64,000 nt of DNA from Octopus sinensis (lineage: Eukaryota): NCBI RefSeq assembly GCF_006345805.1, contig NC_042998.1, positions 104,780,001 to 104,844,000 of the forward strand. Direction: 5' to 3'. Under the pieces are notes generated by a model. It was not told the DNA's origin, searched no databases, and saw nothing but the letters and a program-made list of their open reading frames with translations. Of the stretch, positions 36,193 to 48,290 are shown piece by piece; position 1 is the stretch's first letter; each line of letters starts with the position of its first letter. A program made the translations under genes and the position numbers.

Positions 36193-36829
36193 TTGTTTTG
36201 AATAAAGAATAAATCACAAACTGCAAGATTTTCTTTATATCGGTTTCTTTAATTATTTGTTGGTTCTGACTTACTCCGTTTTCTTAACTTTTTCATAAAA
36301 TAGTACGTCTGAAACCAGTTATCATTCCCTTAAATATTCTAAAACAAGTAGAGTAATGCCCCTTGAGAAATGATATCTGGAGACTAGTAACGAATTCTAT
36401 ATAAATTTACCGCTTGTGGGATAATAATTATCTGTACTTATCTATAATAGAAGCTAATTAGTAGCTGTCAACTAATTATAAGGTGTTTCTGACAAATTTT
36501 CTCTCTTTTATTGAACTGCTAGGTAAGATAATAGACTAATAAATTGAAGAAAGGAAATCGCTGTCACTTTATTTCACTTGTCAACAAATAGATTAACATT
36601 TTCCTTTCGTTTTTCGTTCGAAAAGTCAACTCGAATTAAAGTTATGGTTTACTATTAAATATTAGAAAAATAAACAAAATAGCATCGAATTTTCGATTTT
36701 CTTTCGACTAATGATATTTTGTCTGCTTATTCTGTATGGTGAAGTGCTGTAGTGTTAAATAGCTAAAATATAATTTTAATAAAAGTAGATATTAACGTGC
36801 GATAGTCGATAACCCTCGACTCTAGCATT

Positions 36830-37405
36830 TTACAAGTACTTAACTTTATCATCCACCCACCACAAGGATGGAAGTAAAAGATGATCTCGGCAGAATTTGA
36901 ACTCAGAATGTAAATAGCCGGAAGAAATAATGTAAATCATTTGTCCGACACTCTAAAGATTCTTTTAATCTACCGCTCTGCTCTTGCCATTTAGTATTAA
37001 TATTATCCATTGCTTAGCAGCATTTCTTCAAACTTTACGTTCTGAGTTCAACTTCCACCGAGGTCGACTTGGCCTCTCATTCCTTCGGGGTCAATAAAGT
37101 AAGTACTAGTTGAGCACTGGGGTCGATGTAATTGATTTAGCCTCTCACCGGAAATTGCTGGCCTGGTGCTAAAATTTGAAACCAATTACGCAGCGAACTG
37201 GCAGGATCGTTATTGCGCCGGACAAAATGATTGATGGCGTTTCTTCCGAAATTATGATCTGAATTTAAATTCTACTAAGTTGACTTTGCTTTTCATCCTT
37301 TCGCGGTCGATAAAATAAGCACCAGTCGAGGAGTGGGGGGTCAATGTGATCCACTTATCTTCTGCACCGAAATTGCTGTCATAGTATCAAAACTTTGAAA
37401 CCAAC
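36830..37405. mobile_element. SINE family A cluster (36830-36975 -, 37000-37190 +, 37190-37405 +)
   Basis: Shared core and tail motifs. Confidence 0.8.
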
Positions 37406-38427
37406 ATCGTCATTTGCAAAACACGTCCGGAGTTATCACCCCTACTGGTAAAGCACTAAAATATTTGCCGTTGAGTGAATATCTTATAATACACAACTGT
37501 TATTAATAATATTCAAGTACTATTAATTAAGAGACTTTTTTCTTCATTACTACCGCGATTGTTATTATCACTGGTGCCCTTTATTACATCACTCACTATA
37601 TCTATTGATTCTGTATATGTTAAACGTGGACCGGCTCAATTAAATGCATTTTAGGTTCTTTCTCATATCATTTGTCCAGGGAAGAGCATCATACCGATTT
37701 CTCAAATGAGTGTAAACCTATACATTTAGCGGGGATGGGGAGAGTATATTCGTTATTATCGATCCCACTTTAACTGGTACTTATTCTGTAGACTGTCCAT
37801 AACGAAGTAAAGAACTGTAAACGAATACCGCATCACATTTTCTTCGATGGTGTTTATGACTTCCCTCGATTAATTGCACGAAAAAAAAAACACAAATTAA
37901 AAGAAAGGGCCCTTCCACGACATGAGAGGCTTAATTCCTCGCAGTCTCAACGATAGCGTTAACTATTGAACATACTGCTCGTCAAATTATACGCTTTTTC
38001 CTTTACTGCGATATGTACGACACAAGTTGGATTTTTATGCGTTCAATTTTAAATGCACATCCACTCACTTAAGTGTATTCCTTTATTTCATTACTGGTGT
38101 CAAACACGGGCCAGCAACTATGCAGGAGCACAACTTTCAAGGAGAATTTTCATCGATTGCATGCATGCATGAGCAATAATGATTACTTGCATAAAGGGAC
38201 GCAACTCAGTGTAACATACTAACGAATTACCAATTTGTTTTCTCTCTTTGATGCACTACGCACAAAAATAAGCACACTCATTGATACATATACACCCATA
38301 TACTCATATGCGTACCTACTCAAATACGTGTCTACCTGCGTGTATACATACATACATACATACATACATACATACATACATACATACATACATACACAGT
38401 GGACAGACAGGCAGACGCACACGCATG

Positions 38428-38459
<32 letters not shown>

Positions 38460-38479
38460 CACACAGAGGCTGATGTATT

Positions 38480-38945
38480 TGTTATGTATGTATGTATGTA
38501 TGTATGTGTTGTACGCAATGTTTCGAGTGACACAGAAACCGGAAGAACGTCCCTGGAAGACGATAACCGATCTGAATGACCTGCCACGAGCGTCACCCCT
38601 GGAAATGTGGTATTGTACAGTCAATCATGACGTTTTAAAGCGTTTGAGGGAGGGCATTCGGCGAAAGCGACCGCCTTTGTGAAGCGCGAAGAATTGGATT
38701 CTTCATCGAGCTCTCCTCACTCATGAGTTTATCGCAAAACACAACATGGTGTTGCTTCCGCGGACTTTCATCTTTTCCTCAACCAGCTCAAAGGTTGCGA
38801 TTTTAACACCGTTGTGGAAATCCAGAGCGAAACGCAGAAGGTCCTCACTCGTTTACGGAAAATGACTTCCAGGCCGGATTCCAAAAGTGGTAGGAACGCT
38901 GGTACCGGTGTATTGCTGCGCAAGGTGACTATTTCCAAGGAGTTA
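38480..38945 (+). mobile_element. Mariner transposase relic, internally deleted
   Basis: GRTSLEDDNRS; LKRLREGIRRKRP..W.LH; DFHLFP; FQKW*ERWYRCIAAQGDYFQG. Confidence 0.8.
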
Positions 38946-38958
38946 AAACTTAGGTAAA

Positions 38959-39358
38959 TACTCTTTACTCTTTACTCTTTTACTTGTTTCAGTCATTTGA
39001 CTGCGGCCATGCTGGAGCACCGCCTTTAGTCGAGCAAATCGACCCCGAGACTTATTCTTTATAAGCCCAGTACTTATTCTATCGGTCTCTTTTGCAGAAC
39101 CGCTAAGTGACGGGGACGTAAACACACCAGCATCGGTTGTCAAGCAACGCTAGGGGGACAAACACACACACATGTATATATATATACATATATACGACAG
39201 GCTTCTTTCAGTTTCCGTCTACCAAATCCACTCACAAGGCATTGGTCGACCCGGGGATATAGCAGAAGACACTTGCCCAAGATGCCGCGCAGTGGGACTG
39301 AACCCGGAACCATGTGGTTTGTTAGCAAGCTACTTACCACACAGCCACTCCTGCGCCT
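38959..39358 (-). mobile_element. SINE family B, full length
   Basis: Reverse complement of the AGGCGCAGGAGTGGCTGTGTGG...GAAACAAGTAAAAGAGTA unit. Confidence 0.9.
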
Positions 39359-39634
39359 AAGTCATTTTTTAAAATTAAACATAACCAGTCCGGGAATCTT
39401 TTGATACCACCTCGTATATTACAGGTACAGATGTAAAGCTGCAATGTTTGCTTTACAATTATGTGGTTCCTCTTTCGATTAGGCTGTGGAGCACCCCAAA
39501 GGGGTTTCTTTCGTTAGCAGTCTTCGATTGACCAAAGTTCTGTGTATGAAACTTATTGGACGGAAGCCCATCGTATTGTAATTGTTTGTGGGTGATATGA
39601 TGGCCATAATTAATCACTATGTGTAACACAACTA

Positions 39635-39857
39635 CCTATTTCTTTACTACCCACAAGAGGCTAAACATAGAGGGGACAAACAAGGACAGACAAACGGATT
39701 AAGTCGATTACATCGATCCCAGTGCGTAACTGGTACTTAATTTATCGACCCCGAAAGGATGAAAGGCAAAGTCGACCTCGGCGGAATTTGAACTCAGAAC
39801 GTACCGGCAGACGACAATAGACTAAGCATTTCGCCCGGCGTGCTAACGTTTCTGCCA
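39635..39857 (-). mobile_element. SINE family A, 5'-truncated at a hairpin
   Basis: Same tail as 29581-29813; the head is replaced by hairpin 39855-39882. Confidence 0.85.
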
Positions 39858-40478
39858 AATGAACGACCTGTCGTTCATTTGGTAGCTTTTGTGTAGTGCA
39901 CCCTTCTATTATAAGGAACAGTCTATTCTTATGGTAATTCTATAGTTGATTTGATGAGTTGCTTTCTACTTTAGCAGCTAAGCAAACGAAATATTCTATT
40001 ATCGTTCCTCGTCAGTTTGGACTTCCTAGAAAAAAAGTGCTACTCTCGCTTATCTGATAAAGCAATGAAGACACACAACTGGCCATATACCTATAAGTGT
40101 AGTGTTGACGCGTACATGCGCGCGTGTATGTGCGCGGGTGCGTATGTTCCTCTATGTGTGTGCATGTGTGTATGTGTGTGCGTGTGTGTGAGCAAGTCTG
40201 TGTATGTAAACCTGTGCATGCATGGGTGCATGTCTACAATAAACATCTAGACCACATAAGTACTTATAACTGCCATAAAGGAGAGAAAGGGCGTGAAATG
40301 AAATTTATACCTGTCGTAATTTTTTCCTTTGAAATAGTGGCACGCACACATACAAACACATGTATACGTAATTACATATATATTCGCACATGCATACTTA
40401 CATATACATACATATATATATGCAAATATATATATATATATATATACGCGAGAAAGAAGCAACAAGAATGGATAGGTA

Positions 40479-40567
40479 TTTAGTACGATCGTTTCATACA
40501 AGGACAGGTTTTATTAAAAGTTGCAAAGATTACAGCATATAAACGAGTCCCGTACTCATCAGCTAAA
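40479..40567 (-). ncRNA. Type I hammerhead ribozyme (mirror copy)
   Basis: Reverse complement of 40745-40833. Confidence 0.8.
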
Positions 40568-40744
40568 ATACATGTAAGTTCTCTAGACATCCTAGTGTTT
40601 GAGGCTATACTCATGAAGTAATGTAGATAATTAAACAGATTTCTAAAGTTCATTAAAGTTGAACTTTAGAAATCTGTTTAATTATCTACATTACTTCATG
40701 AGTATAGCCTCAAACACTAGGATGTCTAGAGAACTTACATGTAT

Positions 40745-40833
40745 TTTAGCTGATGAGTACGGGACTCGTTTATATGCTGTAATCTTTGCAACTTTTAATA
40801 AAACCTGTCCTTGTATGAAACGATCGTACTAAA
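40745..40833 (+). ncRNA. Type I hammerhead ribozyme with large stem II loop
   Basis: Stem I UUUAG/CUAAA, CUGAUGA 40750-40756, stem II GUACGGGAC/GUCC(U)UGUAU, GAAA 40817-40820, palindromic ACGAUCGU, GUA triplet with cleavage after 40828. Confidence 0.8.
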
Positions 40834-40980
40834 TACCTATCCATTCTTGTTGCTTCTTTCTCGCTTATAATCACCCCACATTACTGTATTGTTAAATCAG
40901 TATAGTTTTTTTTGGTGCATCTAAGTTAGGTACCATATTCAAGTAAATTTTTTTAAATTAACTTGAATCTTTATTGCTCT

Positions 40981-41025
<45 letters not shown>

Positions 41026-41071
41026 GTATATATATATATATGTGTGTGTGGTGTGTGTGTATGTGTATACA

Positions 41072-41275
41072 CTTTTCTACTCTAGGCACAAGCCCCGAAA
41101 TGTTTGGGGAGGAGGTCAGTCGCTTAGATCGACCCCTGTACGCAACTGGTACTCAATTTATCGACCCCGAAAGGCAAAGTCGACCTCTGCGGAATTTAAA
41201 CTCAGAACGACGTAAGACACGAAATACCGCTAAGATTTCGCCCGGCGTGTTAACGTTTCTGCCAACTCGCTACCT
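41072..41275 (-). mobile_element. SINE family A
   Basis: Core and tail motifs. Confidence 0.85.
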
Positions 41276-41382
41276 TGATATATATATATATATATATACA
41301 CATGTGTGTGTGTGTGTGTGTGTCTGTGTGTGTGTGTGTTTGTGTGCATATATATATTATATATATATATATAAAATATAAA

Positions 41383-41602
41383 ATGGGACAAGAACGCAAA
41401 ACATTCAAAAAGACGATACAAAAAACACGGACGGGTCATTCGAAGCCTCTAATCTTCAGTCAAGAACCGGATCATCCTCGCAATTTCGGCTGGTTAATCT
41501 TGAAAAGGATCGAATGTATACGAAACAAGGACAGAAAAACGGACGATGTTACACGAATATAAATACAAAAAACAAAAAATAATACGAATATAAATACAAA
41601 AC

Positions 41603-41684
<82 letters not shown>

Positions 41685-42345
41685 GGACATAACAACAGGC
41701 GTCTTTCGACTTAGACGAGTTGAACTTAGCTGGCGTATTTGAAAAATAATGCCTTACGGCAGACGGAGAATACGATGTTATCGTGGCGCTGATCCGAAGC
41801 GGAAAGGCCAGCGGTCACGTGAAAAGAGAAGAGCGAGAAAAAAGGGGCAAAGGAATTAAAGAGAGGGAGAAGAGAGAGAAAAAGAGGAACAAAGGTATTA
41901 AGGAGGGGGAGAAGAGAGAGAAAAAAGGAATTAAGGATGGGGAGAAGAGAGAGAGCGTGCCAAGGATTGGCGAGACAAAAGAAAGACAGGGTCAGTGAAA
42001 TGTAGAGTAAGAAAGGCAAAGAAATGTGAGAGAGTGGGGAAAGGGGAGACCGAAGAATCAAGGAGGCGAGAAAAGAGAAATACAGAGACAGTGAAGTACA
42101 AAGTAAGAAAGACAAAGAAAGTGTGTGTAGAAGTCGTACAAAGTTTAGAGGAATGTTTACAAACATATAAGAGAATAAGGTGTACGTACGCCGCAATAAT
42201 ATATATATAAAAAATACAAAATGAGACAAGAACGCAAAACATTCAAATAGACGATACAAACATTCTTCAGTCAAGAACCGGATCATCCTTGCAATTTCGG
42301 CTGATTAATCTTGAAAAGGATCGAATGTATGCGAAACAAGGACGA
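41383..42345 (-). mobile_element. Direct-repeat-flanked Penelope-related element
   Basis: Direct repeats from 41383 and 42221; interior homologous to 7840-8240 (ACAACAGGCGTCTTTCGACT, CGGTCACGTGAAAAGAG, GTCGTACAAA); internal (AAT)n. Confidence 0.65.
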
Positions 42346-42425
42346 TCCTTGTCACCAAAACACAACCAAAACCACCATTGCTCCCTAAAAAGTTGATAGT
42401 CACTGTATGGTGGTCAACAAAAGGG

Positions 42426-42470
<45 letters not shown>

Positions 42471-42471
<1 letters not shown>

Positions 42472-43075
42472 GCCACACCTCGAATACTGCTACCCCTTGT
42501 GGTCTCCCCATACAAAACAAAACATCTCTAAAACTGAATCACTACAGAGGACATTCACTAAACGAATTAAAGGCATAACGGATCAAGATTACAAGGACCG
42601 CCTTAAAGCCTTGAAACTTTACTCTCTCCAGCGCCGCAGCGAGCGGTACATCATTTGCACAATGTGGAGAATGCACCGCCAACATTGCCCAAACAACCTG
42701 AACATTAGCTTCAAGGTTCATACAAGGCTAGGACCACGGGCCATACGTCCCCAACCCAATTCAGGATCACAACATATGGGTACTCCGCGACACAATTTCT
42801 TTTCTTCAATAGGTCCTGCCCTATTTAACATTGTCCCAAAACAGATCAAAGAAGAAAAGGATCCCATTACCTTTAAACGGAATCTGGACAAATTTCTTCA
42901 AGGAATACCAAACAAGCCACCTAAACCTGGAATACAACTCACTCAACAAGAACCCTTTACTCGAATGAACCATGATACCACAAAACTTGACTTAAATAAT
43001 ATTTCGATAATCCCATCAGGTGGTGCTATTAAGTTAGACATGGCCTGGACCAATATTTGGTCGAAACATATCTAA
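42471..43075 (+). mobile_element. CR1-like LINE 3' end
   Basis: PHLEYCYPLWSP..ESLQRTFTKRI...RLKALKLYSLQRR...GPALFNIVP...LDKFLQGIP; 3' stem-loop. Confidence 0.85.
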
Positions 43076-43170
43076 GTTTATATGTAATACAATTTTTAAT
43101 CTTCGGATTTTTAAATATACTAAGCCACTGGTTTTAATTGGTTAACATCAATTTCTACCCTTATTATTTA

Positions 43171-43247
<77 letters not shown>

Positions 43248-43248
<1 letters not shown>

Positions 43249-44460
43249 GGCGCAGGAGTGGCTGTGTGGGAAGTAGCTTGCTAACCAAATGCGTGGCATC
43301 TTGGGCAAGTGTCTTCTGCTATAGCCCCGGGCCGACCAATGCCTTGTGAGTGGATTTGGTAGATGGAAACTGAAAGAAGCCTGTCGTATATATGTATATA
43401 TATGTGTGTGTGTTTGTGTGTCTGTGTTTGACCCCCTAGCATCGCTAGACAACCGATGCTGGTGTGTTTATGTCCCCGTCACTTAGCGGTTCGGCAAAAA
43501 AGAGACCGATAGAATAAGTACTGGGCTTACAAAGAATAAGTCCCGGGGTCGAGTTGCTCGATTAAAGGCGGTGCTCCAGCATGGCCGCAGTCAAATGACT
43601 GAAACAAGTAAAAGAGAAAAAGAGAAAAGAGGCGCAGGAGTGGCTGTGTGGTAAGTAGCTTGCTTACGAACCACATGGTTCCGGGTTCAGTCCCACTGCG
43701 TGGCACCTTGGGCAGGTGTCTTCTACTATAGCCTCGGGCCGACAAATGCCTTGTGAGTGGATTTGGTAGACGGAAACTTTAAGAAGCCCGTCATATATAT
43801 GTATATATATGTGTGTGTGTGTGTGTGTATATGTTTGTGTGTCTGTATTGTCCCCCTAGCATTGCTTGACAACAGATGCTGGTGTGTTTACGTCCCCGTC
43901 ACTTAGCGGTTCGGCAAGAGAGACCGATAGAATAAGTACTGGGCTTACAAAGAATAAGTCCGGGGTCGAGTTGCTCGATTAAAGGCGGTGCTCCAGCATG
44001 GCCGCAGTCAAATGACTGAAACAAGTAAAAGAGAAAAAGAGAAAAGAGGCGCAGGAGTGGCTGTGTGGTAAGTAGCTTGCTTACGAACCACATGGTTCCG
44101 GGTTCAGTCCCACTGCGTGGCACCTTGGGCAGGTGTCTTCTACTATAGCCTCGGGCCGACAAATGCCTTGTGAGTGGATTTGGTAGACGGAAACTTTAAG
44201 AAGCCCGTCATATATATGTATATATATATGTGTGTGTGTGTGTGTGTATATGTTTGTGTGTCTGTATTTGTCCCCCTAGCATTGCTTGACAACAGATGCT
44301 GGTGTGTTTACGTCCCCGTCACTTAGCGGTTCGGCAAGAGAGACCGATAGAATAAGTACTGGGCTTACAAAGAATAAGTCCCGGGGTCGATTTGCTCGAC
44401 TAAAGGCGGTGCTCCAGCATGGCCGCAGTCAAATGACTGAAACAAGTAAAAGAAAAGAGA
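43248..44460 (+). mobile_element. Three tandem SINE family B copies (starts 43248, 43630, 44047)
   Basis: 417-bp period between copies 2 and 3; mosaic diagnostic variants. Confidence 0.95.
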
Positions 44461-44817
44461 AAGAAAGAAAGAATATATATATATATATATGTATGTGTGT
44501 CTGTGCGTGCGTGTGTATGTGTATGTTGCGTGTATGCGTGTGTGTGTGTGCGTGTGCGCGCGTGTGCGTATGTATATAGGTATGTAAAAGAAACTCTATA
44601 GACAAGCATATATGAAAATGTACTTATATAGTGTGGGTTGAAGCGTCAGTATCGGTGCTGATATGTATATTTGTGTCGCAAATTATTGTCGTCTTTCTGT
44701 TCAGCTAAAATATTTCAATCGACCAAGCGGAACGTAAATAACTGATCATAAACATAAAGACCAACACGTATACCTCCTTGCTTAGAAACTGAATGTGTGT
44801 GTGCGTGTGCGTGCGTG

Positions 44818-44887
<70 letters not shown>

Positions 44888-44976
44888 TGTGTAATTGTAC
44901 ATTTGTATTTGTGGGCGTGTGTAAGTTGTATGTTTGTGTGTACGCGGGTGTCCGTGAGTAGGTATTATATATGTAT

Positions 44977-45018
<42 letters not shown>

Positions 45019-45399
45019 GTATATGTTTGAAATATTTACATGTATGTGTGAGCATTTATTTATCATATTTAAGAGATAAAATATATCGCCGCTTTTACCT
45101 GAAGTAATCTATTTCGTTGACAGCTGAGTAAGTAAACGTTTCTATATTTTGTTTTCCCGAAATACGTACGTATGCCCGCATGTATGTTGATACTCAGCTT
45201 CAGGACTGGCAGAACTTAAACAGAATTGTTAAGTAAACCCAGCAGTGCCCACTCGATTATATCTTCAGATCTTCATTATTTTTTTTTTTTTTTCGTAAAT
45301 TTAAATGGTACGGGAAACTTGTTGGATAATCTGCTACTATTTTCAGAAAGTCGAACAACGGCATATAACATCCTTCATTCGCTCGTTAATATGTATGCA

Positions 45400-45420
45400 C
45401 ATATGTATGTATGTATTATG

Positions 45421-45454
<34 letters not shown>

Positions 45455-45596
45455 TGTATGTATGTATGTATGTATGTATGTATGTATGTATGTATGTATG
45501 TATGTATGTATGTATGCATGTATGTATTTATGTATGTATGTATGTATGTATGTATGTATGTGTGTGTATTTATGTATGTATGTATGCATGTATGTA

Positions 45597-45627
<31 letters not shown>

Positions 45628-45985
45628 ATGTATGTATGTATGTATGTATGTATGTATGTATGTATGTATGTGTGTATGTATGTATGTATGCATGTATGTA
45701 TGTGTGTGTGTATGTATGTATGTATGTGTGTGTATGTATGTATGTATGTATGTTTGTATGTATGTATGTATGTTTGTATGTATGTATGTTTGTATGTATG
45801 TATGTATGTATGTATGTATGTATGTGTATGTATGTATGTATGTATGTATGTATCTATGTATGCATGTATGTATGCATGTATGTATTTATGTATGTATGTA
45901 TGTATGTATGTATGTATGCATATATGTGTGTGTATTTATGTATGTATGTATGTGTGTATGTATGTATGTATGTATGTATGTATGT
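45400..45985. repeat. Long (TATG)n/(TG)n compound microsatellite
   Basis: Seen directly; source of the MYVC ORFs. Confidence 0.95.
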
Positions 45986-46814
45986 TGCATCTATGAATGT
46001 ATGGAGGGATGTAGGTTTGTATGCAAGCATGGAGTTTATATGTACAAATGCGCGAGTAATTTTTACATTTGTGAGGGTCACTACGTATGCGTGTTAGGGC
46101 ATGTATGTCGATGTTTAAAAATATATCCATATTACCCGGAATTTTTTCCATATCAATTTTACTGTTGTTATTCCGTTACCCTAGGTTAGCCTGGGGCGAG
46201 CAGAGCTATTTGTGTGACTACAATATTTCATTCACATATATTTTTCTCTTCACATTAGATAAAAAGACAAATTCTCACAGTTATATGCTTAATAGCATCA
46301 CTCATTCTTCGTTTTATGTATAAAACAAGATGAAATTAATATAATTAGTGTCTCTATCAAGTTTTTTGTAGTTTCAGGCGAACTTATAGACCAACTCTAG
46401 GTGCATGTTTATCTTTTTAAAATGTGTGCAGCACCATCATTTAAGAGTATAGCACACTGCTCTTAAGTAGTACATATGTACTATTTAAATATATACTATA
46501 TATGTCTCGCTATGTTGAGAGATTTTTGTTTTACTTTATTGTGCTACTTTAGAGTTTCGTAATGAATAGCGAGAAATAAGAATTGTATAGTTTTGTTGAA
46601 TATTGATTGTGTTTCGCAACTGTAGTGTAACTTATGTTACGTGGTTTAGTGTCGAGTGACGCTTGTGTTTTGTGTAGATTATAATTTTTATAATTTCATA
46701 GAATATGAGTTTAGCCGGCGGCGGCCTGTGAAATGCGTTGTATCATCACAGATCCATATCTATGACAAGTAATGATTATGGAAATATGAACTCTATTTTA
46801 CAGTATTTACTGAT

Positions 46815-47660
46815 TATGATCACTAAGTATCCGGACTGTTGCCATAGTGTCGAAGCTAAATCATACAGATTAAAGCCGCTTGGCACAGATTGACCTTGTA
46901 CTCTGCTGTGTATGTGCACTAAGTTTTAATATTCGAGATTACATCCGCTGTTTACAGCAGTGCTTGGAAGGAAGGTATGTAGCGTGTGATCGTCGCGTTG
47001 ACCATGACAGAGAAAGTTAAGCAGAGAATTTTGCCAAAAGCTTGGCGATACCTGCTCAGATGCCTACGCAAGGTTCTCAAAAAGTTTTCATCGTTCTCGA
47101 CACAATCAACGAGATCTTGTGCATCTGAAACCCAAGTGTCATTTTGGCCAGCTGAAAGTGGTTTGGGCACAAAGTTAACAGATATGAGTCTCATACCCAA
47201 ATCTTCAGTGATAATAGACTGAACTGAACTGTATCTAATCTGCACATCCTCTGATAACTTACGGATTGTGATTCAACCACTTCCCCTCACAGTTGCACGC
47301 ACATCTGCGATGTTTTTCACAGTTCTGTTGGTTGCAGGTCTCCGAGAACGTTCGTCAATAACGACTTTTTTCGGCCATCCTCGAAAAGTTTGAACCACTC
47401 GTACACTTGTGTACAGCTCATACACTCCTCTTCATACATTTTCTACAACTTAGCGCAGGTCTCTGAGCAGGTATCACCATTTTTCTGTATCATGGTCAAT
47501 GCGACGATCACTCACTACACAACTTCCTTCCAAGCACTGCTGTAAACAGCAGAGGTGAGCTACAACGTTGAAGCTTAATGTGCATGCACAGCAAAGTTTA
47601 AAGTCAATCTTTGCCAAGCGGCTTTACTCCGCATGCTTTAGCTTCATTACTATGACAACA
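46815..47660. mobile_element. Mariner relic built from two inverted 5' ends
   Basis: 46843-47072 (+) is homologous to the reverse complement of 47440-47654; minus strand encodes HTH (VYEWFKLFEDGR) and DLGMRLISVNFVPKPLS. Confidence 0.75.
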
Positions 47661-47682
47661 TATTATTATTATTATTATTGTT

Positions 47683-48136
47683 GAGTGAGAGAGCAGTGCA
47701 TGCCATTAAAGTAACACTGGGGTAAAATATACGAAGCCCAGTATACCCATCATCACTACCCGTCTGATAAGGGTACACCAGATACATGCATCACAACCAT
47801 ATGTGCACGATATGGTGATCTCACATAAAGATTGACAGCGTATGACCTTGCAAGCGGGTCCAATTAGAATTTTCTTCAGGTCGAGTAACCCATCCCACTC
47901 AAAAGGTCCCTGAATAAGGGTTATTTAAGGAAGTTGAACGAAACAACCATGTTTCCAGAGGTGAGTTATTCGATTCCCAAAGAATTCCTCTCAACACAGG
48001 ACTATGACACTCCCCAAATACTTCTGTTCATGATCAGAGATGCACATATTGTCAGCCACTAAGGGCCATGCTCAACTGATTTAAAGTCAAACAACTGACA
48101 AGCAAATCTATGGCATTGAGCAGAATATTTGCTGTA
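47683..48136 (-). mobile_element. Second copy of the (AAT)n-tailed repeat at 2965-3520
   Basis: Colinear homology; (ATT)n at 47661-47680. Confidence 0.8.
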
Positions 48137-48139
48137 ATT

Positions 48140-48290
48140 TCTTCTTGATTTACGCTTTAAGTTGAAATTCCGGCCAAGTTGGCTCTTTACCTTTCATTCT
48201 TTCGGGACTGATGAAATAAGCACCAGCTGAGTATTAGGCTCAATGTAATAGATTAGCTCTTTCCCCAACAAAACTTCACTCCTTGTGACT
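48140..48290 (+). mobile_element. Decayed SINE family A
   Basis: TTTCATTCTTTCGGGACTGATGAAATAAGCACCAG core. Confidence 0.6.

Larger units (their letters stand above)
40448..40864. mobile_element. Palindromic Penelope-like pseudo-LTR (arms 40448-40652 and 40660-40864)
   Basis: 205-bp arms with no mismatch found by eye, 7-nt spacer, (TA)n on the left flank, contains hammerheads. Confidence 0.85.

Noticed and set aside
43030-43077. GACCA/TGGTC-GAAA-CATATC resembling half a hammerhead
   Set aside because: No CUGANGA; better explained as a LINE 3' stem-loop
43248-44460. CRISPR-like or regularly spaced repeat array
   Set aside because: Tandem 400-bp SINEs with no unique spacers; eukaryotic context and no cas genes
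45226-46189. Long ORFs (up to 294 aa) rich in MYVC/HTYI, and similar IYIY, CVCV and poly-I/N ORFs throughout
   Set aside because: Translations of stop-free microsatellites; no coding signal
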